Shown: positions 1-9,626, counted from the first letter of the stretch. The stretch: 64,000 nucleotides of DNA from Polyangiaceae bacterium (GCA_044222475.1 JBGANF010000002.1:32001-96000), one strand, 5' to 3'. The notes: generated from the letters alone by a model not told the origin. Numbers and translations are program-made.

Positions 1-761
1 AAGACGAAGCTCGACGGTGGCGCGGGGATGTTCGTCCCAGGTTGGGACGCCGTGAGCGTCGTCGTCGACCCCGAGCGCTTGAGGTTCTTCATCCGCAGCG
101 CGACGTACATGTGGTGGCCGCCCTGCGGTCCCTTTTCGAGCTGGATCGTCTGCCCGTCGGTGAGGGGTAGGTAGTCGGTCTGCCCGGTGCCGACGACGAC
201 CTCTGGCGCACCGGCGTTCGCGGGCCGGCAGATGTCGGGGAGATCGTTGGGCCAGTTCGGCTTGTAGGTCTCGAGGTCGCCGGGGAACACCTCGTCGTTC
301 GAGCACTGACCGGCGATGCACGTCTGGTTCGGCAGCTTGCACTCCGGGCCGGGCACGCCGCCGAGCACGAGCGTGAGGCAACGCCCTTCGAGGCGGAGAC
401 GGAGGAGCTTGTCCTGGCCGGGGACCATTTGGGTGCGCGCCGTGCGCACGATGGTGGTGGGACCGGTCGGGTCGGGGCCCGGGTACGCGTCGATTCGGAC
501 GCCGACGCGGGCGCTCGCGTTTCCCTTCGGGTCGACCTTGATCTCGCGCGGGAGGAGCGCCGTGCCCCCGTTGGTCGAGTAGGTCTCGTTGGCTTGGGCC
601 ACGCCGTCGACGGTCGTCGTGACGTGAAGCGAGCCGATCGCGCCGCCGAGGTCCTCGCTCTGGATTCCGATGATGAGCGAGCCGGGCGTGTCCGTGTGGG
701 TCGTGCAGGCGAGGGCCACCAGGCCGCAGCCGAAGAAGGCGAGGGGAGGGAAACGACGCAT
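1..761 (-). CDS. Hypothetical lipoprotein (3' end runs off the window)
   Basis: Not in the ORF track. ATG at 761 reads MRRFPPLAFFGCGLVALACTTH (lipobox LAC) and stays open to base 1. Contains a Cys cluster and a GPQGGHH motif. Confidence 0.75.
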   Translation of the reverse strand, partial: MRRFPPLAFFGCGLVALACTTHTDTPGSLIIGIQSEDLGGAIGSLHVTTTVDGVAQANETYSTNGGTALLPREIKVDPKGNASARVGVRIDAYPGPDPTGPTTIVRTARTQMVPGQDKLLRLRLEGRCLTLVLGGVPGPECKLPNQTCIAGQCSNDEVFPGDLETYKPNWPNDLPDICRPANAGAPEVVVGTGQTDYLPLTDGQTIQLEKGPQGGHHMYVALRMKNLKRSGSTTTLTASQPGTNIPAPPSSFV

Positions 762-875
762 CTACGGTAGGATCGTAGCAAATCGCGGGCCAGCGCGTCG
801 AAGCGGCCGAAGGCCACGAATTCACGGCGCCGTTTCTGTGCCGCGCTGTGCCGGGTCTTGAGTAAGCTCGCCGCC

Positions 876-2231
876 ATGATCCGGGCGCCAGGCTTCGGGC
901 GGCGTCGTCCGATCGCGATCGCGGCGATCGCCGCGGCAGCGGCGACGCTCGCATGCACGAGCTCGGCGCACGCCTCCCCGGAGGACATCTTCGGCTACGG
1001 CCCTCGCGCGTCGGCGATGGGCGGCGCGTCCACCGCAATCAGCGACGACTACGAGGCGACCTACGGCAACCCGGCGCTCCTCTCCAGGATCCGGCGCGCG
1101 CGGCTCGCGATCGGACTCACCGGTGCGACGTTCGATCTCCACGCCACCGGCGATGGGCTCCCAGGTCGCGTGTCCGTCCTCCCCGCCGTCGGCTCGGTGA
1201 TCGGCGTCGACTTTCCGCTCCCGTTCGGCGGCATCCTCGCGAAGCGGCTGGCGCTGGGGTTCGCGTTCTACACCCCGTCCGACGTCATCGTGCGCGGGCG
1301 CATCTTGTACCCCGAGACGCCGCAGTTTCCGCTTCTCCCGGATCGCGCGCAGTGCCTCGCCATCCGCGCCGGCGCCGGGCTCGACATCGGCTACGGAATC
1401 CGCCTCGGCGCCGGGTTCGGCGCGCTCGCCGAGATCGTCGGCACCGTGCTCGTCGCGACCGATGCGTCCGGCAAGGTCGGCTCGCGCGTCGAGGATCAGC
1501 TGATCGCGACGTATGCACCGGTGTTCGGCGCTTCGTTCGAGCGGCCCGCCTTCGGCGGCGTTCTCCGCGGCGGCGCGGTCTTCCGCGGCGCGCTCGACGC
1601 GCGCTTCTCGATCGACATCGACGCCACCAAGCTGAGCTCGATCAACATCCCCGTGTTCAACATCGCCGGGCTCGCGCAGTACGACCCGATGCAGGTCGCT
1701 GCCGAAGTCGCGTGGGAGTCCACGCGTTGGCGGTTCACCGGCGGCATCACCTACAAACACTGGAGCGCCTACCCAGGCCTGATCGAGCCCACCATCCGCT
1801 GCCCGGCCGACGAGCCCGATTGCGGCGCGCTTCAACCGGTGAAGCTCGCGTTCTCCGGCACGGTCGTACCGAGGGTCGGCGTCGAGCACGTCCTTCCGCT
1901 GAGCTCGACGGCGAACGCGTCGATCCGCGGCGGGTACTTCTTCGAGATGACGCCGACGCCCTCGCAGCTCCCGTCGTCGCAAGCGTGGGACGTGCCGTCG
2001 GCGAGCCTCGTCCCGGTGCCGACGCGCTTCTTCGATGCGTCGCGCCACGTGCTCACCGCCGGCTTCGGGATCCGCGTCACGAAGCCGCTCACGTTCAGCG
2101 CCGACACGTACGCGCAGGTGCACGTCCTGCACCCTCGCACCATCAGCCTCGACACCGGCGGCACCACCTCGAACGCCGAGATCTCCGGCGTCGTCGTCGC
2201 GACCGGCATCGTCCTCGGGGTGGGGTTCTGA
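876..2231 (+). CDS. FadL/OmpP1/TodX-like outer-membrane beta-barrel transporter
   Basis: Signal peptide ending AHA-S; FadL-type hatch motif FGYGPRASAMGGA...YGNPALL; amphipathic strands; C-terminal Phe. ATG 876 preferred over TTG 858. Confidence 0.75.
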   Translation: MIRAPGFGRRRPIAIAAIAAAAATLACTSSAHASPEDIFGYGPRASAMGGASTAISDDYEATYGNPALLSRIRRARLAIGLTGATFDLHATGDGLPGRVSVLPAVGSVIGVDFPLPFGGILAKRLALGFAFYTPSDVIVRGRILYPETPQFPLLPDRAQCLAIRAGAGLDIGYGIRLGAGFGALAEIVGTVLVATDASGKVGSRVEDQLIATYAPVFGASFERPAFGGVLRGGAVFRGALDARFSIDIDATKLSSINIPVFNIAGLAQYDPMQVAAEVAWESTRWRFTGGITYKHWSAYPGLIEPTIRCPADEPDCGALQPVKLAFSGTVVPRVGVEHVLPLSSTANASIRGGYFFEMTPTPSQLPSSQAWDVPSASLVPVPTRFFDASRHVLTAGFGIRVTKPLTFSADTYAQVHVLHPRTISLDTGGTTSNAEISGVVVATGIVLGVGF

Positions 2232-3568
2232 TGCGTCGCGCCCTCTTCGGCCTGTCGCTCGCCTTCGCGGTCGCGCTGCCGCGCGTCGCCTCCGCGAACC
2301 CGATGGACGCGTTCGGCTTCGGCTCGCGCGGACCGGCGATGGGCGGCGCCGTCGCCGCCGACGTGAGCGACGTGTCCGCCGGGTACTACAACCCTGCCGG
2401 TCTCGCTCGCGCGCCCGGCATCGAGCTCAGCGTCGGCTACTTCCGCGCGACGCACTACCTGAAGACGAACGACCGAGACAACCAAGTCGACCCGGTCTCG
2501 GGGCTCGTCGGCGGGATTCTGCTGCCGGGGAAGGTTCTCGGCATCCCGGTCGCGTTCGGCGTCGCGGTCCACCTCCCCGACGATCGCATCTCGCGCGTGC
2601 GCGCTCTCCGGCAAGAGCAGGTGCGGTGGGAGCTCTACGACAACCGAAACCAGCGCCTCTTCCTCGCGGCGAACCTGGCGATCTCGCCGTGGCCGTGGCT
2701 CCAGCTCGGCGGAGGGATCTCGTTCATGTCGTCCACCGCCGGTCGACTCGACATCACCGGGAGCGCGAACATCTTCAACGCGACGCAGTCGCAGCTCCGG
2801 CACGAGGTCGACGCGTACCTCACGGCGGTTCGGTATCCGCAGCTCGGCGCCCGGGTCGAGCTCTCGAAGCGGGCCGCCCTCGCGGTCGTCTACCGCGGCG
2901 AGTTCCGGCTCGAGCTCGATCTCAAGGCGCACCTCTACGGCGACCTCTCGCAACTCACGACGGCGTACTACGCGCTCGCCGCCTACAGCATCAACGCGTT
3001 CCTCCCGCAGCAGGTCGTCTTCGGCGGAGCGTTCCGTCCGATCGACCGCGTGCGCGTGAACGCCGACCTCACGTGGGTGAACTGGGGTGCGTACATCCCG
3101 CCGGTCGCGACGCTCACCGCCGATCTCGACATCCCACCACCCCAGGGCGGTTGGCCACCCGGCATCAACCCACCCTCGAAGCCGACGCCGAACACGATCG
3201 CGCCGTCGCTCTTCCGCGACCGCATCGTGCCCCACGTCGGCGTCGAGGTGACCGTGCTCGACCTCCCGCACTGGGAGGTCGACGTCCGCGGCGGCTACGA
3301 GTGGGCGCGCACACCGATCGGAGCGCAGACCGGCGTCACGAACTACCTCGATCGCGATCGCCACTCGTTCTCGCTCGGCGCCGGGGTGAAGCTGATGAAC
3401 CCGGGGCCGTTCTTCCCCGGGGACCTGCGCCTCGACTTCCACACCACGTTCGGTTGGCTCCCGTCGAGCGTGACGACGAAGTCGGATCCGGCGGACCTCG
3501 TCGGCGACTACTCGGCTGGCGGAACCATCTGGAGCGGCGGAGTCAACCTGGCGGCGGGGTTCCGATGA
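2231..3568 (+). CDS. Second FadL/OmpP1-like outer-membrane transporter
   Basis: True start is ATG 2231 (TGATG overlap) inside ORF 953..3568. MRRALFGLSLAFAVALPRVASA-NPMDAFGFGSRGPAMGGA...YYNPAGL. Confidence 0.8.
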   Translation: MRRALFGLSLAFAVALPRVASANPMDAFGFGSRGPAMGGAVAADVSDVSAGYYNPAGLARAPGIELSVGYFRATHYLKTNDRDNQVDPVSGLVGGILLPGKVLGIPVAFGVAVHLPDDRISRVRALRQEQVRWELYDNRNQRLFLAANLAISPWPWLQLGGGISFMSSTAGRLDITGSANIFNATQSQLRHEVDAYLTAVRYPQLGARVELSKRAALAVVYRGEFRLELDLKAHLYGDLSQLTTAYYALAAYSINAFLPQQVVFGGAFRPIDRVRVNADLTWVNWGAYIPPVATLTADLDIPPPQGGWPPGINPPSKPTPNTIAPSLFRDRIVPHVGVEVTVLDLPHWEVDVRGGYEWARTPIGAQTGVTNYLDRDRHSFSLGAGVKLMNPGPFFPGDLRLDFHTTFGWLPSSVTTKSDPADLVGDYSAGGTIWSGGVNLAAGFR

Positions 3569-4593
3569 GACTGGCGATCCTCTCTCTCGTGCTCTTGCCG
3601 ATCGCGTGCGCGACGGTCGGCGGACCCGGTCTGGGTGACGTGGACCTCCCGAGCTCGGGGGTCGGCCCGTTCCGCAAGCTCACCTCGTCCGAGGTGCAGA
3701 CGACCGCGCCCTTCCTCCTCGACGATCCGCTCCTGCGTTGGCGTGATCCTGGCGTCCTGCCGCTCGGCGGCACCGAGGTCGCGCTCTACGCCGTCGTCGA
3801 TCGCGACGTCGCCGGCGAGAAGCGCGAGGTCATCGTGCGCTCGCGCGCGACCGACGGTCGCACGTTCTTCGGTGGCCGCGGCGGGCAGGTGCCGCCGATC
3901 GCCGTGATCGCCGACGCTCCGTGGGAGGGACGGGTCGTGAGTGGTCCGTCGCCGGTCCGCATCGGTGGTGACATCTGGCTGTACTACGCGGCCGACGGCG
4001 GGATCGGGCGCGCGCGCTCGAGCGACGGCATCGCGTTCACGAAGGAGCCCGCGCCGGTGCTGGCGAACGACGCGACCCACGTCTTCCACGCACCGTCGGT
4101 CGTGGTCTTCCCCGACGGCCGAGTCCACCTCTTCGCGAGCGCGGGCAACGCGTTCTACGAGGTCGTGGGCGACGGCAAGAGCTTCAGCCCACCGGCGCTC
4201 GTCCTCGACGCGGCGACGGTCGCCACCGAGGCCGGCGTGGTCGTCGAGTCGATCGAGGACCCGCTCGCGCTCGTCCGGGTGACCGCCGCCGGGCGTACCC
4301 ATGTGCGTGTGCTCTACACGTCCACGGTCACAGGACCTACGGTAGGTGCCACGAGCGCGATCGCACTGGCCGCGCGCTACGGCGACGACGGCGTCCTCTC
4401 CCGCGCGCAGACCGGTCCGGTGTTCTCCGCCACCGAGACCCAGCGCTCGCCGGCGGTGGCCGAGCTCGGCGACTACTCGCTGCTCTACGTCGTCGACGTC
4501 CGCAGGAACACGACCCACCCGAGCCTCGTCGGCGCCGTCGGGCCCGCGACGGTGACGTTGCCGCCGCCGGACGAGTACCCAGGGAGCCCGTGA
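3565..4593 (+). CDS. Lipoprotein with glycoside-hydrolase-like (GH43/32/130-type) beta-propeller repeats
   Basis: ATGA overlap at 3565; lipobox PIAC; blade-like motifs PWEGRVVSGPSPV-WLYYAA-GIGRARSSDGIAFTK. Confidence 0.6.
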   Translation: MRLAILSLVLLPIACATVGGPGLGDVDLPSSGVGPFRKLTSSEVQTTAPFLLDDPLLRWRDPGVLPLGGTEVALYAVVDRDVAGEKREVIVRSRATDGRTFFGGRGGQVPPIAVIADAPWEGRVVSGPSPVRIGGDIWLYYAADGGIGRARSSDGIAFTKEPAPVLANDATHVFHAPSVVVFPDGRVHLFASAGNAFYEVVGDGKSFSPPALVLDAATVATEAGVVVESIEDPLALVRVTAAGRTHVRVLYTSTVTGPTVGATSAIALAARYGDDGVLSRAQTGPVFSATETQRSPAVAELGDYSLLYVVDVRRNTTHPSLVGAVGPATVTLPPPDEYPGSP

Positions 4594-5390
4594 TCCCGAC
4601 CGCGATCGAGTACGCCGCCGCCGGCACCGGAGGCGCCTTCCTCATCGGCGTCGCCTCGTACATCGCGGTGTCGTACGTCGTCGCCGCCCGGTTCACCGAC
4701 GCGCGGCCGTTCTCGGCCGCGGTTCGTCACGTCATGCGCGAGATGCTCCTCGCGACGCTCGTGCAGCCCCTCCTGCCGCTGTTCATCTTCTTCGGCCGCA
4801 GCATGGGCGGGCGCCGCGATGGCGTGCCGATCGTCTTCGTCCACGGCTACTTCCAGAACCGCGCCGACTTCGTCTGGCTGGCTCGCGTCCTGCGGCGCGA
4901 GGGCTTCGGTCCGCTCTACGGGGTGAACTACTGGTCCTTCGGCCCGGTGGAGCGGAGCGCGCGGGTCGTCGCGCGGTTCGCCGAGGAGGTCCGCAAGGCC
5001 CACGGCGTGGAGAAGGTGGACCTCGTGTGCCACTCGCTCGGCGGGCTCGTCGCCGCCGAGATTGCCCGTACTCATCCCAATTTGGTACGAAGGTGCGTCA
5101 CCATCGCGTCCCCGCACGCCGGGATCGCCTGGCCGGGGCCGATCCTGGGCGGCGTCGGTAGGCAGATGCGGAGCGACGGAGAGTGGATGAGCGAACGCTC
5201 GCAGTCCCGCTGGGAGGTGCCGCTCCTCAGCATCTACTCGACCCACGACAACATCGTGTACCCGTGGCGCACGTCCTCCCGTGCGTCCGTCGGCGGGCGC
5301 GACCTGCTGATCGAGGGGCCGGGCCATTTCGCGATCCTGTTCGACGACACCATGGCTCGGGCGGTCGTCGGATTTCTCCGCGAGCCGTAA
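4590..5390 (+). CDS. Membrane-anchored alpha/beta hydrolase (lipase/esterase)
   Basis: N-terminal TM helices, FVHGY, nucleophile elbow CHSLGG, SPHAG, DNIV, GH. GTGA overlap with the upstream gene. Confidence 0.85.
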   Translation: MIPTAIEYAAAGTGGAFLIGVASYIAVSYVVAARFTDARPFSAAVRHVMREMLLATLVQPLLPLFIFFGRSMGGRRDGVPIVFVHGYFQNRADFVWLARVLRREGFGPLYGVNYWSFGPVERSARVVARFAEEVRKAHGVEKVDLVCHSLGGLVAAEIARTHPNLVRRCVTIASPHAGIAWPGPILGGVGRQMRSDGEWMSERSQSRWEVPLLSIYSTHDNIVYPWRTSSRASVGGRDLLIEGPGHFAILFDDTMARAVVGFLREP

Positions 5391-5415
5391 TCCCCCCTGG
5401 TAGGCTCAGCCCTTC

Positions 5416-6444
5416 ATGGAATTCTTCGTCGGGATGTTCCTCGGCGCGCTCTTCGTGACGCCGCTCGTCCTCACGTATGCGTTGTTCATCCGCTGGGTCG
5501 ATCGCTTCGAGCCCGAGCCCTGGTGGCTGCTGATCGCAGCGTTCATCTGGGGTGCGCTGTTCGCGACGATCGGCGGCGGCACCTTCAGCGCCATCGGTGA
5601 AGGGTTCGCCAGCGCGATGAGCGGCCTCCCCGCGGAGGACGAGGGGATCCAAGCGTTCGGGGCCACCGTCCTCGCTCCCGTGTTCGAAGAAGGCTTCAAG
5701 GGCCTCGGGGTCGCGATCATCGCGGCCGTCAGCGCGATGGGCCTCAAGGAGCTCGACGGCCCGCTCGACGGCGCGATCTACGGCGGAATCGTCGGGCTTG
5801 GCTTCACCCTGACCGAAGACATCCTGTACGTCGCCGGAGCGTACTCGGAGGGCGGCCTCGGCGGCTTCGTCGGCCTGCTCTTCCTGCGCACGGTGCTGCT
5901 CGGGCTGTCGCACTGCACGTTCACCGCGTGCACCGGCCTCGGGTTCGGCATCGCGGTCGAGTCGCGCAGCTGGTTCGTGAAGATCATGGCGCCGATGTTC
6001 GGCTTCTTCTGCGCGATGTGCATGCACGCGATGCACAACGCCCTGCCGACGTTCTTCGAGGCCGAGGGCACCGTCCTCATGATCCTCATCTCGTGGTTCA
6101 TCGATCTCCTCTTCTTCATCCTCCTCGGGTCCCTCGTCGCGCGAGACCGCGCGATCGTCGTACGCGAGCTCGCGCCCGAGGTCGGTGGCTTGCTCCACCC
6201 TCAGGAGCTCAAGCTGATCACCACGTACATCACGATCGGGATGCGCAACTGGGGCATCCTCTTCTCCAAAGGGTGGACGGCGTTTCGTCAGCGCCGCACG
6301 AAGCAGCTCGCCCTCGTGGAGCTCGCGTTCATCAAGAACCGCCGCCGCCGCGGCGAGCAGGGCAGGGACCTCGACATGAAGGAGGCGAAGCTCCGCAACG
6401 AGGTCGCAGTGCTGAACCAGCGCGGCGTGTGGCTGGGCTCCTGA
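5416..6444 (+). CDS. PrsW-family intramembrane metalloprotease
   Basis: EPEPWW, APVFEEGFKG, GFTLTEDILY, HCTFT and HAMHN motifs in a multi-TM protein. Confidence 0.9.
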   Translation: MEFFVGMFLGALFVTPLVLTYALFIRWVDRFEPEPWWLLIAAFIWGALFATIGGGTFSAIGEGFASAMSGLPAEDEGIQAFGATVLAPVFEEGFKGLGVAIIAAVSAMGLKELDGPLDGAIYGGIVGLGFTLTEDILYVAGAYSEGGLGGFVGLLFLRTVLLGLSHCTFTACTGLGFGIAVESRSWFVKIMAPMFGFFCAMCMHAMHNALPTFFEAEGTVLMILISWFIDLLFFILLGSLVARDRAIVVRELAPEVGGLLHPQELKLITTYITIGMRNWGILFSKGWTAFRQRRTKQLALVELAFIKNRRRRGEQGRDLDMKEAKLRNEVAVLNQRGVWLGS

Positions 6445-6451
6445 GACGCGA

Positions 6452-7960
6452 CTACAGCGCCTTGGCCTTCACGATCTGCTTCGGCGGCTCCGGGATCATG
6501 ACGTAGCCGCCGGGGATGTGGTCGTACTCGTAGTAGTTGCCGGTGACGGTCTTCTTGGAGCCGTCGCTCAGCGTGATCGTGACGGTCTTCTCTTCGCCCA
6601 TGAGCGGCGTGCGGACCTCGAAGTGGTCACCGATGCTCGTCGTGCCGTCTGGCAGGACGTAGATCTGGCGGTACGGGCGCGGGGTGTCCCAGAAGACCGT
6701 CTTGGCGCCGTTGATGGCGACGATGCGCGTGAAGAGCGCCTTGTACGTGTAGCCGCTGATCCACTTGGGATCGCAGTACCCCATGATGTCCTTCGGCTTC
6801 GATCCGTCGGAGATGTTCTCGCCGTTCGGCCCGAACAGCGCGCCCGTGTCGATGTCGTAGCCCCACGTGCCGATGCCGCCGGTCGAGTCCGGGAAGCCGG
6901 GGTCGATGCCTTGCGCGCCGCCGCACGGCGCGTGGTTGCGACCGTGCGCGTGGCCGATCTCGTGAGCCATCGTCTGCCCGGTTCCCTGCGCGTAGTTGCC
7001 GCCGTAGCCGAGGCCGATGCCGGCGCGCGCCCACGCGTCGCCGATGTTGGCCGACAGGTTCGACAGCCCCGCGACGCAGCCGTTGCCGCAGTAGCTGGCG
7101 AAGCTCGCGTTGGGCTTGAAGACTCCGTAGTAGTAGATGTCCGCGGCGGCGCCGTCGCTCTGCCGCTTCTGCGTGAGCGCGTTGAGCAGCGGACCCCAGC
7201 CGCCGCTGCCGTTTGCCGCCGGCAGCGAGCCGCCGAAGCTCAACGCCGGCTGCACGCTGATCTCCACGTTGGGGATGGGGTAGATCTTGCGCACTTCCTT
7301 GAGCCAGATCGCCACCGAGCTCGCGTCGGAGTCGCCGGTCAGGCCGTTGGCGGTCAGCGTGATCGGGAACAAGCGGATCTTCACCAGCGCGCCGGAGCTC
7401 TTCGCGCCGAGCGGCGTCTCGCTCCCGTCGCGTGGCCAGCGCGCGGGGATGTCGCCCGTCTGCGTCTCCGCCGGGCCGGTCTCGAGCACGGAGACGCTCA
7501 AGGTGCTGTCGGTGTCGATTTTCGATCCGTCGACGGTGAAGTCGAACGTCGTCTGTTGATCGGCTTCGACCGACGGTCCTTGGATCGAGCGCAGGCTCTT
7601 GATGATGCTCAACGAGCCGCCCGTTCGCAGGTAGAGCTTGCCGGTCAGGTTCTTCGCGGTGAAGCTCGGGTCCGTCTTCAGGAACACGCGCACCAGCGCC
7701 GCGCGCTTCGCGACGATCGGCGCCACCGGCGGCACCGGACCGCCGTTTCGCATCAGGTCGATCTTGACGGCTTGGTAGATCGCGACCTCGTCGACGGTGA
7801 CGCCGACGGCGTACTTCTCCGCGAGCGTGCCGCCTCCATCCGCGCTGGGATCGGCGTCGGGATCGACGGCGGCGTCGGGATCGAAGGTGGTGTTCGCGGT
7901 GCCTGCGCACGCGAGAGTGAAGAGAGCGACAAGCGAAGGAACGAGGCGGAGGGTCTTCAC
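6452..7960 (-). CDS. Secreted zinc metalloprotease lipoprotein (metzincin, M66-like)
   Basis: HEIGHAHGRNH zinc motif and DIMGY Met-turn; lipobox TLAC; GTG start at 7960 preferred. Confidence 0.8.
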   Translation of the reverse strand: MKTLRLVPSLVALFTLACAGTANTTFDPDAAVDPDADPSADGGGTLAEKYAVGVTVDEVAIYQAVKIDLMRNGGPVPPVAPIVAKRAALVRVFLKTDPSFTAKNLTGKLYLRTGGSLSIIKSLRSIQGPSVEADQQTTFDFTVDGSKIDTDSTLSVSVLETGPAETQTGDIPARWPRDGSETPLGAKSSGALVKIRLFPITLTANGLTGDSDASSVAIWLKEVRKIYPIPNVEISVQPALSFGGSLPAANGSGGWGPLLNALTQKRQSDGAAADIYYYGVFKPNASFASYCGNGCVAGLSNLSANIGDAWARAGIGLGYGGNYAQGTGQTMAHEIGHAHGRNHAPCGGAQGIDPGFPDSTGGIGTWGYDIDTGALFGPNGENISDGSKPKDIMGYCDPKWISGYTYKALFTRIVAINGAKTVFWDTPRPYRQIYVLPDGTTSIGDHFEVRTPLMGEEKTVTITLSDGSKKTVTGNYYEYDHIPGGYVMIPEPPKQIVKAKAL

Positions 7961-8057
7961 GGTCCACCATTTTACGGGTGTCGTCGCACGTCGTCGAAGA
8001 GAAAGGTCTTTTCCTCGAAGGCTCACATTGTGGGTGAGACAAATCGCCAACGTCGGG

Positions 8058-8951
8058 TCACTCCGCGGGCAGCGTGTAGTCGTGGAACTTGGTGAGATCG
8101 AGCGTTCGCGTGCCGTCCGGGTGATCGGTGAGCACGTCGACGAAGCGGCCTTCCTCGATGATTTGCTCCCAATCCCACGAGTGGCGAGCGTGAACCGTCT
8201 GCCCGATCGTGTCGTCGTGACCCATCAGCGTGGCGATGAGACCGACCTCCTTCTCTTTCATCCACGCTGCATCTTTCTCGAAAAATGGACTCTTCTCGTC
8301 GATCTCGTGCATCGCCGTCCACGTCAACGCGAACAGCGCCGACTCGCTGCGCACGAGGTCGAGGTTCACGAGACGGCGGATCCGCTCGCCTTCGGCGGTG
8401 CGATGCATGTGCGCGACGACGACCTTCACGCTCGCCTGCACGATCTGATTGCCGCGCGCGTTCGCCATGCGGAACACGAGCGTGCGTTTGCCGTCGCGCC
8501 CCGCGATCAGCACGACGTTGGAGAACAAGACGCGGGCCGTCGGTCGCGAAAACTTCGCGAACACGAGCCCGGTGGTGAGCGCCGACGCGAGGATCCCGGC
8601 GAACGCCTCGAGCATCATGAGGACGTTCGCGATCGTCGACTCGGGTGCCATCGTCCCGTAGCCGATGGTGGCGAACGTCTCCACGCTGAAGAAGAAGTAG
8701 TCCTCGGGGTGACCCGGACGGATGTTGCTCACTCCGCCGACCAGCGCGAACAGGACGGCGAAGAGACCGTTGATCGAGAGGTATGAGACGAGGATGGTGA
8801 CGAGCGTCAGCGGCCACGAGGCGCGCATGACCCAGTGGTAGAGATCCGAGAGGGGGTGGATGCGGCCACCGACGCGGTTGACGTCGAGGCCTCGTTCGAC
8901 CCGGCTCTCTCTCGCCTCGGCGTGGACGAGGCGACGCTTCTCTTCGGTCAA
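8058..8951 (-). CDS. Inward-rectifier potassium channel (KirBac)
   Basis: FFFSVETFATIGYG filter, DLYHW slide helix, FAKFSRPTARVLFS, W..MHEIDEKSP. TTG start overlaps the upstream TGA. Confidence 0.92.
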   Translation of the reverse strand: MTEEKRRLVHAEARESRVERGLDVNRVGGRIHPLSDLYHWVMRASWPLTLVTILVSYLSINGLFAVLFALVGGVSNIRPGHPEDYFFFSVETFATIGYGTMAPESTIANVLMMLEAFAGILASALTTGLVFAKFSRPTARVLFSNVVLIAGRDGKRTLVFRMANARGNQIVQASVKVVVAHMHRTAEGERIRRLVNLDLVRSESALFALTWTAMHEIDEKSPFFEKDAAWMKEKEVGLIATLMGHDDTIGQTVHARHSWDWEQIIEEGRFVDVLTDHPDGTRTLDLTKFHDYTLPAE

Positions 8952-9440
8952 GGAGAGCCTCCAGCTCCGGTGATCGAGGCCCCCCACGCGATCTCGAGCG
9001 CGATCGCGCGCGCCCCACCATCGTTGGGGGCGAGCGCGATCATTCGCGCCGGAGCGACCACGCAGAGCAGGCCGTTGGCGGCGACGCCGGGGCCAGGCGC
9101 GAGCACGACCTCCGGTGCGCCTCCGACTCCGCCCGCGTCGAACGCGAGCACGAGGCGCATCGCGCCATCGACGAGCTTGCCCTCGCGAGCGAGACCCTCG
9201 AAGCAACCGCTCGCGCTACCCGCGAGGCGGTCGACGAGATCCTTCGCCTCGCTGGCGCTCGCGCCGCGGACCTCGGCGAGGCCGACCGCGACCCGGTTTC
9301 GCTTGGCGACGTAGGCGTACGTGTCGTCACCGCCGTCGACGCGGACGTCGGTCGTGTGCTCGGTCGCGTCGTGCGGTCCGCCGTTGCAGGCGAGGAGCGC
9401 GACGGCGAAGAGCGTGATCGCAACGAGCGGGATTATTCGC
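8948..9440 (-). CDS. Hypothetical lipoprotein, start codon unresolved
   Basis: RRIIPLVAITLFAVALLAC signal peptide and lipobox, followed by a ~140-aa domain. No in-frame ATG/GTG/TTG between the repeat element and the signal peptide. Confidence 0.6.
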
Positions 9441-9447
9441 CGGGCCC

Positions 9448-9626
9448 CAACGTCGGGGGCTGCGCCCCCGAGACCCCTGCGAGAATTTCGGACCTCCGCG
9501 GCTCCGCCTCTCAGGGCCGCAACGTCGGGGGCTGCGCCCCCGACACCCCTGCGAGAATTTCGGACCTCCGCGGCTCCGCCGCGAAGGTCCTCAGTTGGGG
9601 GCCCGCCCCCAACGGCCCCGGTGACC
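9448..9626 (-). repeat. Three-hairpin REP-like element: full copy 9520-9626 plus a partial tandem copy from 9448 (72-bp period)
   Basis: caacgtcgggggctgcgcccccga(g/c)acccctgcgagaatttcggacctccgcggctccgcc occurs at 9448 and 9520; a homolog lies at 33974. Confidence 0.92.

Noticed and set aside
9520..9626. Hammerhead-ribozyme resemblance (CUGAGGA...GAAA on the minus strand in both dispersed copies)
   Set aside because: The GGA of the would-be core is base-paired in hairpin B, which covariation supports. The putative cleavage-site residue would be G, and stem III would be mostly G-U. An in vitro cleavage assay would settle it, but the canonical core is not met.
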